DNA of 57,994 bases from Candidatus Moranbacteria bacterium RIFOXYB1_FULL_43_19 (GCA_001784875.1 MFSH01000007.1:1-57994), one strand, 5' to 3'. Shown: positions 19,501 to 29,115, counted from the first letter of the stretch. Program-made: numbers and translations. Notes: generated by a model from the sequence alone, not told the origin.

Positions 19501-22500
19501 ATGAAAACGAAAAGAAACAAAAAATTATTTTCCGCCCTAACTGCATTTTTTCTTATTGTATTTAATGTTTTCTCGTTCAATCCAAAAGCCGCTCAAGCAT
19601 TTTCCTGTTATCTTCCGGGTATTTGCAACGTTGATGTAGCCGAGGAAACCGACAACGCCCTGAACCAAACCCTGACTCGCACGGATGATATTTTCAGTTC
19701 CGTTGAAGAAAGGTACGGCTTTTCCAAAGACATTTGGCGAGTGGCTCAGCGCAAAGAAACTGCCCCTCGGGTGGAATTATTTTTTGATAACACCAACCCA
19801 AAGCCCGGTGAAAAAGTGACGGCCCATGCCATGCCTGAATTTTTCAAAAACGACCCGCAAAACCTTTACTACACCTGGTACCTGATTCATACCGATGATG
19901 GAACGCCCCAAGCCGCTAAAAACTCTATTGGTTCCGGAAAAAGGGAAGCCGCCAAAATTATGGCTCGGGGAGACTATGACCCCGAATTGGACGGACAAAA
20001 TTATGCTGATTCCAACAATGACCCTGATCAGGATGGCTGGCCAATGATTGATGACAGCTACGACGAGGATGCGGTTGCTGCCCCGATGGGAGGCGCGGAC
20101 GGAGTTGGAGGACTTGGGAACGGCAGTGAAAACACGGATCCAGGCCTTTCAGAGTATTGCGGAACGCACCCCACATCTGCCAATTGCAGCCTATACACAA
20201 CGACAAGTAGCTTCGATTTATATTATCGCTTCAACGGGACTCAATCCAACATATATTGCAACAGCTGCTCGTCTCAAAGCCTTCCTTGGGGAACACTTTC
20301 TTCCAACAATGAGTGCTGTTATCTGATTTCAAATCCGGGAGACCCTACTCTTATAAGCTACGACAGCGGGATAAATTATTGCCCAAGTTTCTACAACGCG
20401 GCTTATGAAAGCTGTTTTGATTATGCCTCGCTTCAAGCGACCAACGAAGGCGTGATCAACGCTTGTCTTGACAGCGAATATGCGACCTGCGAGGACTCCT
20501 ATGAAGATATTCATTCCGGCAGCGACAATGTGTCCCAAGGAGAATCAACCAGCTCATTTTCCCGCTGTTACAAACACAAATTCGGAACCAACGCTGGGGC
20601 ATCCGGATTTAGAGGTTTTGAAGGTTCTAGCAACACTTATGGAAATGATGACACCGGCTTGGATTATGACGTTTCCTGCAGACATAAATGGGAAAGCGCT
20701 CCAACCACCGGTTCAAACGGATGCACTAGCGATGATTGCGCCAGCGGATCGGGAAGGTTTCCTAATGGAGAAGAAAAGTACTGGAGGACTGACCCGAATG
20801 ATCCCGACACAGATGGTGACGGATTCAATGATGAAGCTGATGTTATTGGATTGGGACAGCAAGATTTTACCTGGACCTACCAAGCCGGAGATCGAGTTGG
20901 CGTAACTGTTGAAGGAACCTCGATGATTCCAACTGATGAGCAAAATGCTTATTATAAAATAATGTGGGGCTATCTTGATGTATGCGACTCGACAAAAGCT
21001 AAGCTTCTAAATGATGATTTGTGTGATGGATCCAGCGATTACGGTTTCGGCTTTTTAGCCACAATGTCCCCGAACGAGCAGGAAAACGAAAAACTGAAAC
21101 TTTCTCTTTCTTATTCTCCTGATAATCCCGTGGCTGATCCAAGCGGTGAAAACAGCGAGAATATTGAGGACGACGGAAGCATTCTCAACGCCGACCAAAT
21201 TTCAGTCACTTCTTCCCTCGATAATACCCAATACAATCCAAATCTTCTTTACTACACTTGGCAAATTCAGAGAGGCGACCCCGTAACTGACGATTGGGGA
21301 AGCGCCTTGGACATCGGCGACAATTTTGACACGACTTCCAGCTCCTCCGGGCTGGGGTTAACCGACTTTAGCTTCACTCCCAAAAAAGAAGCCCTGACAA
21401 CCTCAGATAATGGTATTATATACTTCAAAGTCACTGCCACTGCAGCCCAAGCGTCGGGTGTTGAAATAAACCGAGGAAGGTCAAGCGTAGTTGTACCAGT
21501 CAACAAAAATGGAGTTCGGATTGATCTTTATAAGGTCAACGTGTCCGGCGGAGAAGCAACCCTGGGAGAAAAAATATGCACGGAAGGTCTCTATGCCGCT
21601 CTTTGTCCGGCTGTTAAGGGCCAGATGCTCGCCGCTAAAATTTCAGGAAGCCGTTACAACGCCACGAACAGCGAATTTTCCTGGCAAACCAATGGAAACG
21701 TTCTCAATACGCCGACAAATGTCTCTGAATATTTCGATGGGTGGTCGAGCACGACTGTCTTTTTCCCAATCACCAGGGAGCAACAACAACTCGAGGAGGT
21801 TTCGGTCACGGTGACTCCTACGGATAAGCTCGAACCAGTGAAAGCTGGCCGGCTAATCACGGTGGTTGAACCGGTCGCCCTTGTCCGTTCGTCTGATACG
21901 AACACTGCCTGGCCAAAAACCCAGATCGTGCAGAGCGGCTCAACCAAAAATTCATATCAAACGGTAAACAATCTCAACATGCTGGAAACTTTTCCCGGCT
22001 CAGATGTTTCCCTTTACCTCGATTTTGTTCCCGATTATCTTCTGGCTGATGATGAAAACACCACGGTCGACTGGCAAATCGGCGGGATAAGCATCAATGA
22101 CGAAGCTTTTGATGAAACATACGGCGATCTCAATGTGCTCACGGTTGAAGGAACAGACCTTCTTTTCACCGCACCTGAAACTGTCGGCGCCTATTATGAC
22201 ATTTCAGTTAATCTCAAAAAATACTGGTCCCAGGAGGAAGCAGATATCATGTCCAGCGTTTGGGGCATAGTTCCACGACCGCTGGAAAGCGATAGGGGCA
22301 TTACAATCACAACCGTTGAAAAACCGGCTGTTGACGCAACTTCCTTAAACAGCCCGACTCAGCTCCTGGCTGCCGTTGGAACCCACCTGCCACATTACGT
22401 AATGTATAATCTTCGCTTGGCGCTTACTCTTCTGGTCATGGTTTTCACAAGCTTCTGGTTTTATGCCCTAATCCAAAAATTTACAAATTATGAAGAAAAA

Positions 22501-22503
22501 TAG
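19501..22503 (+). CDS. large Cys-rich surface protein with DxDxDG motifs and C-terminal membrane anchor
   Basis: Signal peptide (..AAQA), TDPNDPDTDGDGFND, many Cys, C-terminal TM helix. Confidence 0.85.
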   Translation: MKTKRNKKLFSALTAFFLIVFNVFSFNPKAAQAFSCYLPGICNVDVAEETDNALNQTLTRTDDIFSSVEERYGFSKDIWRVAQRKETAPRVELFFDNTNPKPGEKVTAHAMPEFFKNDPQNLYYTWYLIHTDDGTPQAAKNSIGSGKREAAKIMARGDYDPELDGQNYADSNNDPDQDGWPMIDDSYDEDAVAAPMGGADGVGGLGNGSENTDPGLSEYCGTHPTSANCSLYTTTSSFDLYYRFNGTQSNIYCNSCSSQSLPWGTLSSNNECCYLISNPGDPTLISYDSGINYCPSFYNAAYESCFDYASLQATNEGVINACLDSEYATCEDSYEDIHSGSDNVSQGESTSSFSRCYKHKFGTNAGASGFRGFEGSSNTYGNDDTGLDYDVSCRHKWESAPTTGSNGCTSDDCASGSGRFPNGEEKYWRTDPNDPDTDGDGFNDEADVIGLGQQDFTWTYQAGDRVGVTVEGTSMIPTDEQNAYYKIMWGYLDVCDSTKAKLLNDDLCDGSSDYGFGFLATMSPNEQENEKLKLSLSYSPDNPVADPSGENSENIEDDGSILNADQISVTSSLDNTQYNPNLLYYTWQIQRGDPVTDDWGSALDIGDNFDTTSSSSGLGLTDFSFTPKKEALTTSDNGIIYFKVTATAAQASGVEINRGRSSVVVPVNKNGVRIDLYKVNVSGGEATLGEKICTEGLYAALCPAVKGQMLAAKISGSRYNATNSEFSWQTNGNVLNTPTNVSEYFDGWSSTTVFFPITREQQQLEEVSVTVTPTDKLEPVKAGRLITVVEPVALVRSSDTNTAWPKTQIVQSGSTKNSYQTVNNLNMLETFPGSDVSLYLDFVPDYLLADDENTTVDWQIGGISINDEAFDETYGDLNVLTVEGTDLLFTAPETVGAYYDISVNLKKYWSQEEADIMSSVWGIVPRPLESDRGITITTVEKPAVDATSLNSPTQLLAAVGTHLPHYVMYNLRLALTLLVMVFTSFWFYALIQKFTNYEEK

Positions 22504-22948
22504 ACCTCATACCAAAAACTTGCGCCTATGCCTTTGCGATCATCCCCTGGCCAAAATCACCGGGCGCTTTGTGGTATTGGGAAAAAAAATATTTCTTTAC
22601 GTAATAGTCTGTCTTTTTATCCTTGTCAATTTTGGATCACCCGCTTTAGCCCAATACAAAAACCAGGAAAAAATTCCGGGTGCCTCCCAGCAACAATCGG
22701 ATTTTGTCCCGTATATTAAAGACATTATCGGTTTTGGTTATGCAACCATTGGTATTCTAGCCATGTTTATGCTCTGCATAGGAGCTTATCAATACTTGAT
22801 GGCTGCCGGCAATATCGGCAAAGTAGAAAGTGCTCGGAACACAATTGGCTCGGCTATTTTTGGTCTTGTTCTTGGGCTTCTTTCCTGGATAATCCTTTCC
22901 AAAATCCACCCGGATTTGGTTTCTTTCAAGGCTATCTCGGGAGGTTGA
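22490..22948 (+). CDS. VirB2-like T4SS pilin, with a 27-aa insertion in the signal peptide
   Basis: IGAYQYLMAAGN...ARNTIGSAIFGLVLGLLSWIIL..IHPDL pilin signature. Confidence 0.85.
   Translation: MKKNRPHTKNLRLCLCDHPLAKITGRFVVLGKKIFLYVIVCLFILVNFGSPALAQYKNQEKIPGASQQQSDFVPYIKDIIGFGYATIGILAMFMLCIGAYQYLMAAGNIGKVESARNTIGSAIFGLVLGLLSWIILSKIHPDLVSFKAISGG
22502..22582. mobile_element. 81-bp in-frame hairpin mini-element
   Basis: cctcataccaaaa ... tttgtggtattggg; removing it restores an MKKNKKIFLY signal peptide. Confidence 0.55.
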
Positions 22949-22980
22949 TAAAGGGGGATCTTTTTGCAAAAAAATCTAGA

Positions 22981-23868
22981 ATGAGGGAAACAAAAAACAA
23001 AAAAACAATTCTGCTGGCGCTCGCTATTTTTTTTATGAGTATTTTCATTCTTCAGCCGGTTTTCGCTGATGTCAATCTCTATTCCAACCAGCAGATGATT
23101 CCCGGAGCGACTGAAAAAACCTGCGACATATCCACCTATATCCAGCAGATCATCGGCTTTGGCTACGCGACCATCGGAATCCTGACCATGTTCATGCTCG
23201 GCATCGGCGCTTTTCAGTATATTATGTCTATCGGAAATACAGCCAAGATGACCAGCGCCAAAAATACGGTCAACTATGCCATTCTCGGCCTCGTTCTCGG
23301 GCTTCTCTCCTGGATAATCCTCTACACCATCAACCCCAATCTCGTGAAAGTCAGCCTCGGCGAAACGGTCCCGTGCACGATTACCACCAGCACGACTACA
23401 ACCACAAACGGAAAATATGATGCCATTTCTCTTAAAAAATCGGTTAAAGAGCGGATTAAAGCCTACTGCAACATCATTCAAGAAGCTGCTGGAAAATATG
23501 GAGTTCCTGAATATCTGATAATGGCTATCATTGACCAGGAAAGCCGGGGAATTTACAACGCCCAAAGTCCTGCTGGCGCCACTGGCCTGATGCAACTTAT
23601 GCCTGGGACGGCAAATGATCTTGGAGTCACGGACCGGACAGACCCATACCAAAATATTATGGGAGGGACAAAGCACTTGGCTTGGTTGCACAAAACGTAT
23701 GGAAACGGCAACTGGGAACGAACGCTCATCGCCTATAACTGGGGGCAAGGTAATCTGACAAAAAAATATGATAAGAACGGCTGGCTTCCAAATGAAACAA
23801 AAAACTATATACCAAGTGTTTTGGGAAAAGCCGAATCTTATAAAAACGATGGTTGTTCAACTAATTGA
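22981..23868 (+). CDS. VirB2-like pilin fused to an SLT lytic transglycosylase
   Basis: Pilin motif, TTTTT linker, then AIIDQES, AGATGLMQLMPGTA, AYNWG and ETKNY SLT motifs. Confidence 0.9.
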   Translation: MRETKNKKTILLALAIFFMSIFILQPVFADVNLYSNQQMIPGATEKTCDISTYIQQIIGFGYATIGILTMFMLGIGAFQYIMSIGNTAKMTSAKNTVNYAILGLVLGLLSWIILYTINPNLVKVSLGETVPCTITTSTTTTTNGKYDAISLKKSVKERIKAYCNIIQEAAGKYGVPEYLIMAIIDQESRGIYNAQSPAGATGLMQLMPGTANDLGVTDRTDPYQNIMGGTKHLAWLHKTYGNGNWERTLIAYNWGQGNLTKKYDKNGWLPNETKNYIPSVLGKAESYKNDGCSTN

Positions 23869-23892
23869 TGGTCTACGTTTAAAAATAAAATT

Positions 23893-24441
23893 ATGCCTGG
23901 TGTATTGAAAAAATTTTCTTTTATTGTTTTTATCTCCCTGGCGATTTTTGCCATTGCGCTGGGCTTGATTTTTTTCATGTCAAAAAAAGGTGAAAATATC
24001 CCCGATAAACAAGTTTCCAATGAAGCCGATCAACTCATTCCGCTTCCTCCTTCTTCCTATTCTTCCGAATGGGCAAAAAAGAAACAGGAAAACAAATATC
24101 AGCCTTACAAATTAGAACAATATTCCTATGATATCCTCAAAGAAAATCCGGACGTCGTCAATCAAGTAAAGGAACTGCTGAAAAGTTTTTCGACTTCTAA
24201 AATGGCAGTATCAACTCCAGCCGCGAATATGAAGTTGAGCGACGGACGGGAAGTGCTCCTTCTCTTCGGATGCGAAGAACATAATTGCGGCGGAACGGGA
24301 ATTGTTATCGCCTATGACAAAACCAATTCCAAGGCTTATCTTCTCTCCGAAAACACCAGAACTGAAGAAGAATACAAAATTTTGGGGAATCCTGACGAAG
24401 AAATCCGGAACTTGCTTGTGGATTACTATTATAATGAATAA
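23893..24441 (+). CDS. membrane-anchored Ivy-like (lysozyme/lytic transglycosylase inhibitor) protein
   Basis: N-terminal TM helix; GCEEHNCGGTGIVIAYD resembles the Ivy CKPHDC loop and following beta-strand. Confidence 0.6.
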   Translation: MPGVLKKFSFIVFISLAIFAIALGLIFFMSKKGENIPDKQVSNEADQLIPLPPSSYSSEWAKKKQENKYQPYKLEQYSYDILKENPDVVNQVKELLKSFSTSKMAVSTPAANMKLSDGREVLLLFGCEEHNCGGTGIVIAYDKTNSKAYLLSENTRTEEEYKILGNPDEEIRNLLVDYYYNE

Positions 24442-24461
24442 AAAAACACTTTTTTACCCGA

Positions 24462-25628
24462 ATGACTAAAAAAATATTTGCCATATCGACTCTTCTTCTT
24501 GTGCTTGTAACCGGGTCTATTTTTGCCTACAATTTCCTTTTTAAGAAACCGGACTCTCAAGATAGCGGGGACGAAACGGCTAAAACCAGTGAAGAAGGGC
24601 AACTCAAAGAGACAAAACCAAGCCAAATAGCGGGTGGAGAAAAAGCTTCCATTCAGGCTCTTTCCGAGGAGTCGGTTTTCGGGGCAACTCTTTCGCCCGA
24701 TGGCGGCTATCTATATGTTTTTCTCGCCGAAAACGGACAGCTCAACCAAATCGATCTTTCCGGAAAACTGGAAAAGGTCATCTCTACCGAAAAATTCCAA
24801 AATATCAAAAATGTCATTTGGAATAAGCCTAGAAACAAGGCCATTATCAAAACCGAGCCCAGCCCGGGCACAGTAAAATTCCTTTATTTCGACATTTCCG
24901 GAAAAAAAGTTTCCGTTCTCAAGGAAAATATTGATTCTGTCACCTGGTCAAATTTGGGTGACAAGATCATCTACACGCATTATGACCCTAAAACCCAAAA
25001 AAGAACTGTGAATATAGCCGATCCTAATGGAAGCAATTGGAAAGTTATTGCTGAAATCGGGTATCGTAGCGCTGAAGTGGCTCCCGTGCCCGGGTCATCT
25101 GACCTTTCTTTCTGGCCCATTCCTAATGCTTTCACCGCTGCTTCTCTGGTCTCCGTTTCTTTCGGGGGAGAAAACCAAAAAGAAATTCTCAAGGATCGCT
25201 ATGGAGCGGATTTTCTCTGGGCGCCAAACGGCACCCGCGCCGCCATGAGCGCATCGGACCAAAAGGGCGGCCACAAAATTGATCTTCTCGTTATGAACCG
25301 GCAGGGAGGCGAAGTCCAGTCTCTTATGCTTCCGACTTTTGCTTCGAAGTGCGCCTGGTCGTCCGACTCGAAATATTTGTATTGCGCTATGCCAGGAAAC
25401 ATTCCTGATTCGGCGATTCTTCCCAACGACTGGCAGGAAGGCAAAATAGCTCCTTCGGATACTTTTTGGAAAGTTGACGCTTCCAACGGGAAAAGAGAGA
25501 GACTGGTTGACCCGGAAAAAATCGGCGGCACTTACGACGCGCTGAATCCCTTCCTTTCTTCAGACGAAAAATCGCTCTTCTTTGTTTCGAAAAGCGATGG
25601 AAAACTTTATAGGCTGACATTAAATTAG
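24462..25628 (+). CDS. TolB-like beta-propeller membrane-anchored protein
   Basis: N-terminal TM helix; repeated SPDG/WSNLG/WAPNG/WSSD blades. Confidence 0.8.
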   Translation: MTKKIFAISTLLLVLVTGSIFAYNFLFKKPDSQDSGDETAKTSEEGQLKETKPSQIAGGEKASIQALSEESVFGATLSPDGGYLYVFLAENGQLNQIDLSGKLEKVISTEKFQNIKNVIWNKPRNKAIIKTEPSPGTVKFLYFDISGKKVSVLKENIDSVTWSNLGDKIIYTHYDPKTQKRTVNIADPNGSNWKVIAEIGYRSAEVAPVPGSSDLSFWPIPNAFTAASLVSVSFGGENQKEILKDRYGADFLWAPNGTRAAMSASDQKGGHKIDLLVMNRQGGEVQSLMLPTFASKCAWSSDSKYLYCAMPGNIPDSAILPNDWQEGKIAPSDTFWKVDASNGKRERLVDPEKIGGTYDALNPFLSSDEKSLFFVSKSDGKLYRLTLN

Positions 25629-26977
25629 TTTTTTTCTAATCGTTTTTCCGCTAAAAATAAATTTACCGCCACTATCGTCCAAAAAATCACCGCCATATCG
25701 TTTCTCCAGTAGGTCGTATCAACGAGACCGTGAATGAGAAAATAAAGAATTATCGCAAGAAATATAGATCCATAAAAATCGCGGGCCCCTTCACCAAAAT
25801 TATTTTTTTCAGACGGGCTTTCCTGGGTCTGTTTTTTTGTTTTATGGACCAGGGCATTATGGTGTTCACTAATTTTGGTGAGTGGGTAAATTTTTTTGTT
25901 ATCTTTGAAAAACAACCAAACTACCCAAAAAAATCCAGCGAGACCCGCGAGTCCCGACTCAAGCCAAAAGGCAAGATACAAATTGTGGGGCTGGGGAACT
26001 GCCCATTCAAGATAAGGCGGAAAATATTTTTGGTATTCCAGGTATTTTTCTTGGAAATTTCCCGGACCGATCCCCAAAACAGGATTTTTCTCAATCATCA
26101 GCCCGGCTGATTTCCAGATCATTTCTCGCGACGCCAGAGACGAGCGCTCGCCAAGTTTTTTTATGTTTTCGAATTTTCCGAAGCTCGCAGCGGCTATAAA
26201 GATTATTAAAATTATAATGGTTATAGCCAGATATTTTATCGGCCATAATTTCCTATATTTAAGCCAAAATACGATCATTAGCACAAGACCAATCGCCAGC
26301 CATGCCCCATAAGATTTTGTAAGATAAAGGTTGAATGAAATTAATAGCATCCCTACGATTGCAAAATATTTTTCCCAAAGCTCGGCTTTTTTTCCAAAGC
26401 TCGGCTTTTCTCTTGCCCCGACTAAGTCGGGGCAATTCATCAAAGCCAAGCTTTCGCCGAACTTTATCAGCCCGATCAAGAACGCCGGCGCTAGGAACAT
26501 CGCCAGCTGGTTAGGCGAGTCGAAAAATATTCGGAGGCGCCCGTCATAGGCCAAAAGCCCAAACAGCCAATAATATATTCCTTCAATCGCCGTGAAAGCG
26601 CCCGAGGCAAAAAGAACAACGAATACTCTGTCCAGCAGTTTTTCATCTTTTTTGAGATTATTGTATAAAATAACCGCGAAAATTATCGGAAGAACAAACC
26701 AGCCCTTGAGAATGCCGAGGCCAACGTAGTAATTCTTGTTAATTAATATAGATAATATTAACCCAGTGATAATTAGCGCTGTTGGTATTGCGTATTGCGT
26801 ATAGCGTATTGCGTATTTTATTTCTTTATTCGAAAACCAAACAAGAAAGAGCGCGATTACCAAAATTTCAACCAAGCTCAAAGAAATCCAATCGTGTTTG
26901 AACTTTATAAAATAAAAAGGAAGGAAAAACAAAGTTGAGAGGATCAGAATTTGTTGTGAACGTTTTATCAATGACAT
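25625..26977 (-). CDS. O-antigen ligase (Wzy_C) family protein with in-frame repeat insertions
   Basis: SPNQLAMFL, TKSYGAW, REMIW...GIGPGNF...PHNLYL, HGLVD. Confidence 0.88.
   Translation of the reverse strand: MSLIKRSQQILILSTLFFLPFYFIKFKHDWISLSLVEILVIALFLVWFSNKEIKYAIRYTQYAIPTALIITGLILSILINKNYYVGLGILKGWFVLPIIFAVILYNNLKKDEKLLDRVFVVLFASGAFTAIEGIYYWLFGLLAYDGRLRIFFDSPNQLAMFLAPAFLIGLIKFGESLALMNCPDLVGAREKPSFGKKAELWEKYFAIVGMLLISFNLYLTKSYGAWLAIGLVLMIVFWLKYRKLWPIKYLAITIIILIIFIAAASFGKFENIKKLGERSSLASREMIWKSAGLMIEKNPVLGIGPGNFQEKYLEYQKYFPPYLEWAVPQPHNLYLAFWLESGLAGLAGFFWVVWLFFKDNKKIYPLTKISEHHNALVHKTKKQTQESPSEKNNFGEGARDFYGSIFLAIILYFLIHGLVDTTYWRNDMAVIFWTIVAVNLFLAEKRLEKN
25784..25888. mobile_element. 105-bp in-frame hairpin mini-element
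   Basis: ccccttcaccaaaatta ... taattttggtgagtggg; encodes YPLTKI...NFGEGA. Confidence 0.65.
26375..26454. repeat. nested REP-like hairpins inside CDS
   Basis: ccaaagctcggctttt x2, perfect hairpin ttgccccgactaagtcggggcaa, closing arm aaagccaagcttt. Confidence 0.65.
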
Positions 26978-27026
26978 ATAATGCAAGAGATTTTAGTTTT
27001 ACATTGTCGCTTTTCGCTTTTAGTTT

Positions 27027-28322
27027 TTAATTTTTAGTTTTAGCGCAAAACCGCTTTACCATTTTTGGCTCAGAGGATTGAGACACTCCTATAGCTAAAA
27101 TAACCAGGAGCATCACCATCACCTGCGGCGACCAGATCGACGTGTCGAAAATTCCGTGGACGAGAAAATATACCAGCCCCGAGGCAATCCCTAGATTCAG
27201 GATATTTTTTGATGCAATGTTTCGCCAAAGACTGACCAGAATCAGCGAGAGAAAAACAAGCCCGTTCAAAATTCCCGTCTCTGCCGATATATCGAGAAAT
27301 GTGTTGTGGGCGTAAATTGACGATCTCTCTCCCGAAATTGGATCCACGTATGAGGCATAGCTGCCCATACCAATTCCCAAGAGGGGATAATCCCTCACTA
27401 CTCCCACCGCTTGCTCCCAATTCTTCAGCCGCTGCGCGTTGGAGCCCTCTTTCAAATTGAAAGCCGACGCCAACCGATTTCGCGCCGTCCCCGGAAAAAT
27501 GACAGCCGATAAAATAATCAGCCCGGCAGCCACGGCTGCAAATTTAACAAGTTCTTTTGATCTTGAAAGATGGGCAACCAGAAAAAACAAGCTTCCTGCG
27601 GCCGCTCCGAGATAAGCCCCCCTTGAAAAGGAAAAAAATATTCCAAAAAACATAAGGACTACAGCTGCCAACGCCAGAGCTTTCCACTTTCGTTTTTTTT
27701 CCCAAGCGAAATATCCTATCCCGACGAAGAAACACAGACTAACGAAAAAAGAAAACATGTGAGGATCGGGGAAGAATCCAAAAGCTCTCATCCAGGTATT
27801 CCCGGAAATATTCACCAGCCAGCTCGGGTTTCCAGCAACTAGCTTCCCGAAAGAATTTCCCAAAAAAAACGGAGCCATTTTTTTCCAAATTGCGACCGTC
27901 GAATCGAGCCCCGCTAAAAAGGGGAACAGGAACTGCGCGATTCCAACTGCAGCTGCCAATGATCCGCTTGCCCATATTGTTTTTATCATTTTTATCCTAA
28001 ATTTCGCATCCCGCGCCAGATCAGCAGCTACAAAATAAATTGGAAAAATTGAGAGCAGGTACAGAATTTTTCTTATTCCTTTATCAGGATCTAGCCCGGC
28101 CCAAAGCGAAAACGATGATAGGAACAAAAAAGAAATCAGCAGCCAAGTTTCCGATCTGTTGGCTATCCAGATTCTTTTGCGGGCGAGGCCGCTTGAGATC
28201 CAAAGTAAAAAAATAGCCGGTACCAGAATCCGGGTTGTGGCTAAATCAATGTTATCGCCGACATTGAGCGCAAACTGAAGAGGAAGAAGAAATATTATTA
28301 TTATAAAAAAAATTTGAATCAT
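27027..28322 (-). CDS. O-antigen ligase family protein
   Basis: RAFGFFPDPH, SFSRGAY, GIGMG...AHNTFL, HGIFD; ATG at 28322 overlaps the GT2 stop. Confidence 0.88.
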   Translation of the reverse strand: MIQIFFIIIIFLLPLQFALNVGDNIDLATTRILVPAIFLLWISSGLARKRIWIANRSETWLLISFLFLSSFSLWAGLDPDKGIRKILYLLSIFPIYFVAADLARDAKFRIKMIKTIWASGSLAAAVGIAQFLFPFLAGLDSTVAIWKKMAPFFLGNSFGKLVAGNPSWLVNISGNTWMRAFGFFPDPHMFSFFVSLCFFVGIGYFAWEKKRKWKALALAAVVLMFFGIFFSFSRGAYLGAAAGSLFFLVAHLSRSKELVKFAAVAAGLIILSAVIFPGTARNRLASAFNLKEGSNAQRLKNWEQAVGVVRDYPLLGIGMGSYASYVDPISGERSSIYAHNTFLDISAETGILNGLVFLSLILVSLWRNIASKNILNLGIASGLVYFLVHGIFDTSIWSPQVMVMLLVILAIGVSQSSEPKMVKRFCAKTKN

Positions 28323-29107
28323 CCTAGCCATACATTTTTTATATAGAATGGAAATCTTGCCGCCTTCACAATCCAGCCCCAAGGCGACCCGAAATTCTTT
28401 TTTATGTAGTAGCTTTGCGAATTATAATAATATTTTTTCTTTTTCCGTTTGCCTGAAAAGCTCTGCCCGCTTTTGTGGAAAATTTTCGCCTCCGGGCAAA
28501 CAGCGATTTTCCATCCTCTTTTTTTAGCCTGGAGACAAAGATCTACATCTTCAAAATACATGAAGTAATTTTCATCAAATCCGCCAAGCTCTGAAAACAA
28601 ACTCCTTCTTATCATCATCGCTCCGCCGCTTACCCAATCCGTTTCAAAGTATTTTTGCCTGTCTGATTTTTCCTTTTCGCGAAAAATTTTTGTTCTGATC
28701 GTCGAGAGTGGAGTCTTCCGAAATCCGAAATGTTCTTCGTCTGAAATTCTGCCATCCTCAACATGGATAGGGCCGACTATTCCAATTTTTTCATCGGCTG
28801 AAAAAACTTCCATTATTTTTTCAACTGTTCCTGGAAAAAGTTTCGTGTCCGGGTTGAGAAAAAGAATATATTTTCCTTTGGATTTTTTGAAACCAAGGTT
28901 ATGGGCTTTTCCAAACCCTATATTTTCTTTTTTTTCGATTATTTCGACCTTGAATCCATCCAAAAAATTACCTAGTTCCTCTTTATCATTGTTGACAACA
29001 ACAATCTGGGCGTTTTCGATACCATGAACGTTTTTCTGTATCGACTGGAGGCAGGTCATAAGGTTGCCGCGGCTGTTGTAGTTTACGATTTGGATAGTAA
29101 GAAACAT
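28319..29107 (-). CDS. GT2 glycosyltransferase (WbbL-like)
   Basis: IVNYN, NIGFGKAHN, LFLNPDT, GGFDENYFMYFEDVDLC. Confidence 0.92.
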   Translation of the reverse strand: MFLTIQIVNYNSRGNLMTCLQSIQKNVHGIENAQIVVVNNDKEELGNFLDGFKVEIIEKKENIGFGKAHNLGFKKSKGKYILFLNPDTKLFPGTVEKIMEVFSADEKIGIVGPIHVEDGRISDEEHFGFRKTPLSTIRTKIFREKEKSDRQKYFETDWVSGGAMMIRRSLFSELGGFDENYFMYFEDVDLCLQAKKRGWKIAVCPEAKIFHKSGQSFSGKRKKKKYYYNSQSYYIKKNFGSPWGWIVKAARFPFYIKNVWLG

Positions 29108-29115
29108 TTTTTGAA

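Noticed and set aside
22789-23748. 319-aa minus-strand ORF and other long antisense ORFs (8272-8889, 37683-38291, 39191-39919)
   Set aside because: Shadows of well-supported genes on the opposite strand, with no motifs.
8030-25628. T4SS cluster as an ICE or conjugative plasmid
   Set aside because: No relaxase, coupling protein, integrase or att sites are seen, and it shares chromosomal repeat families with the flanking housekeeping regions.
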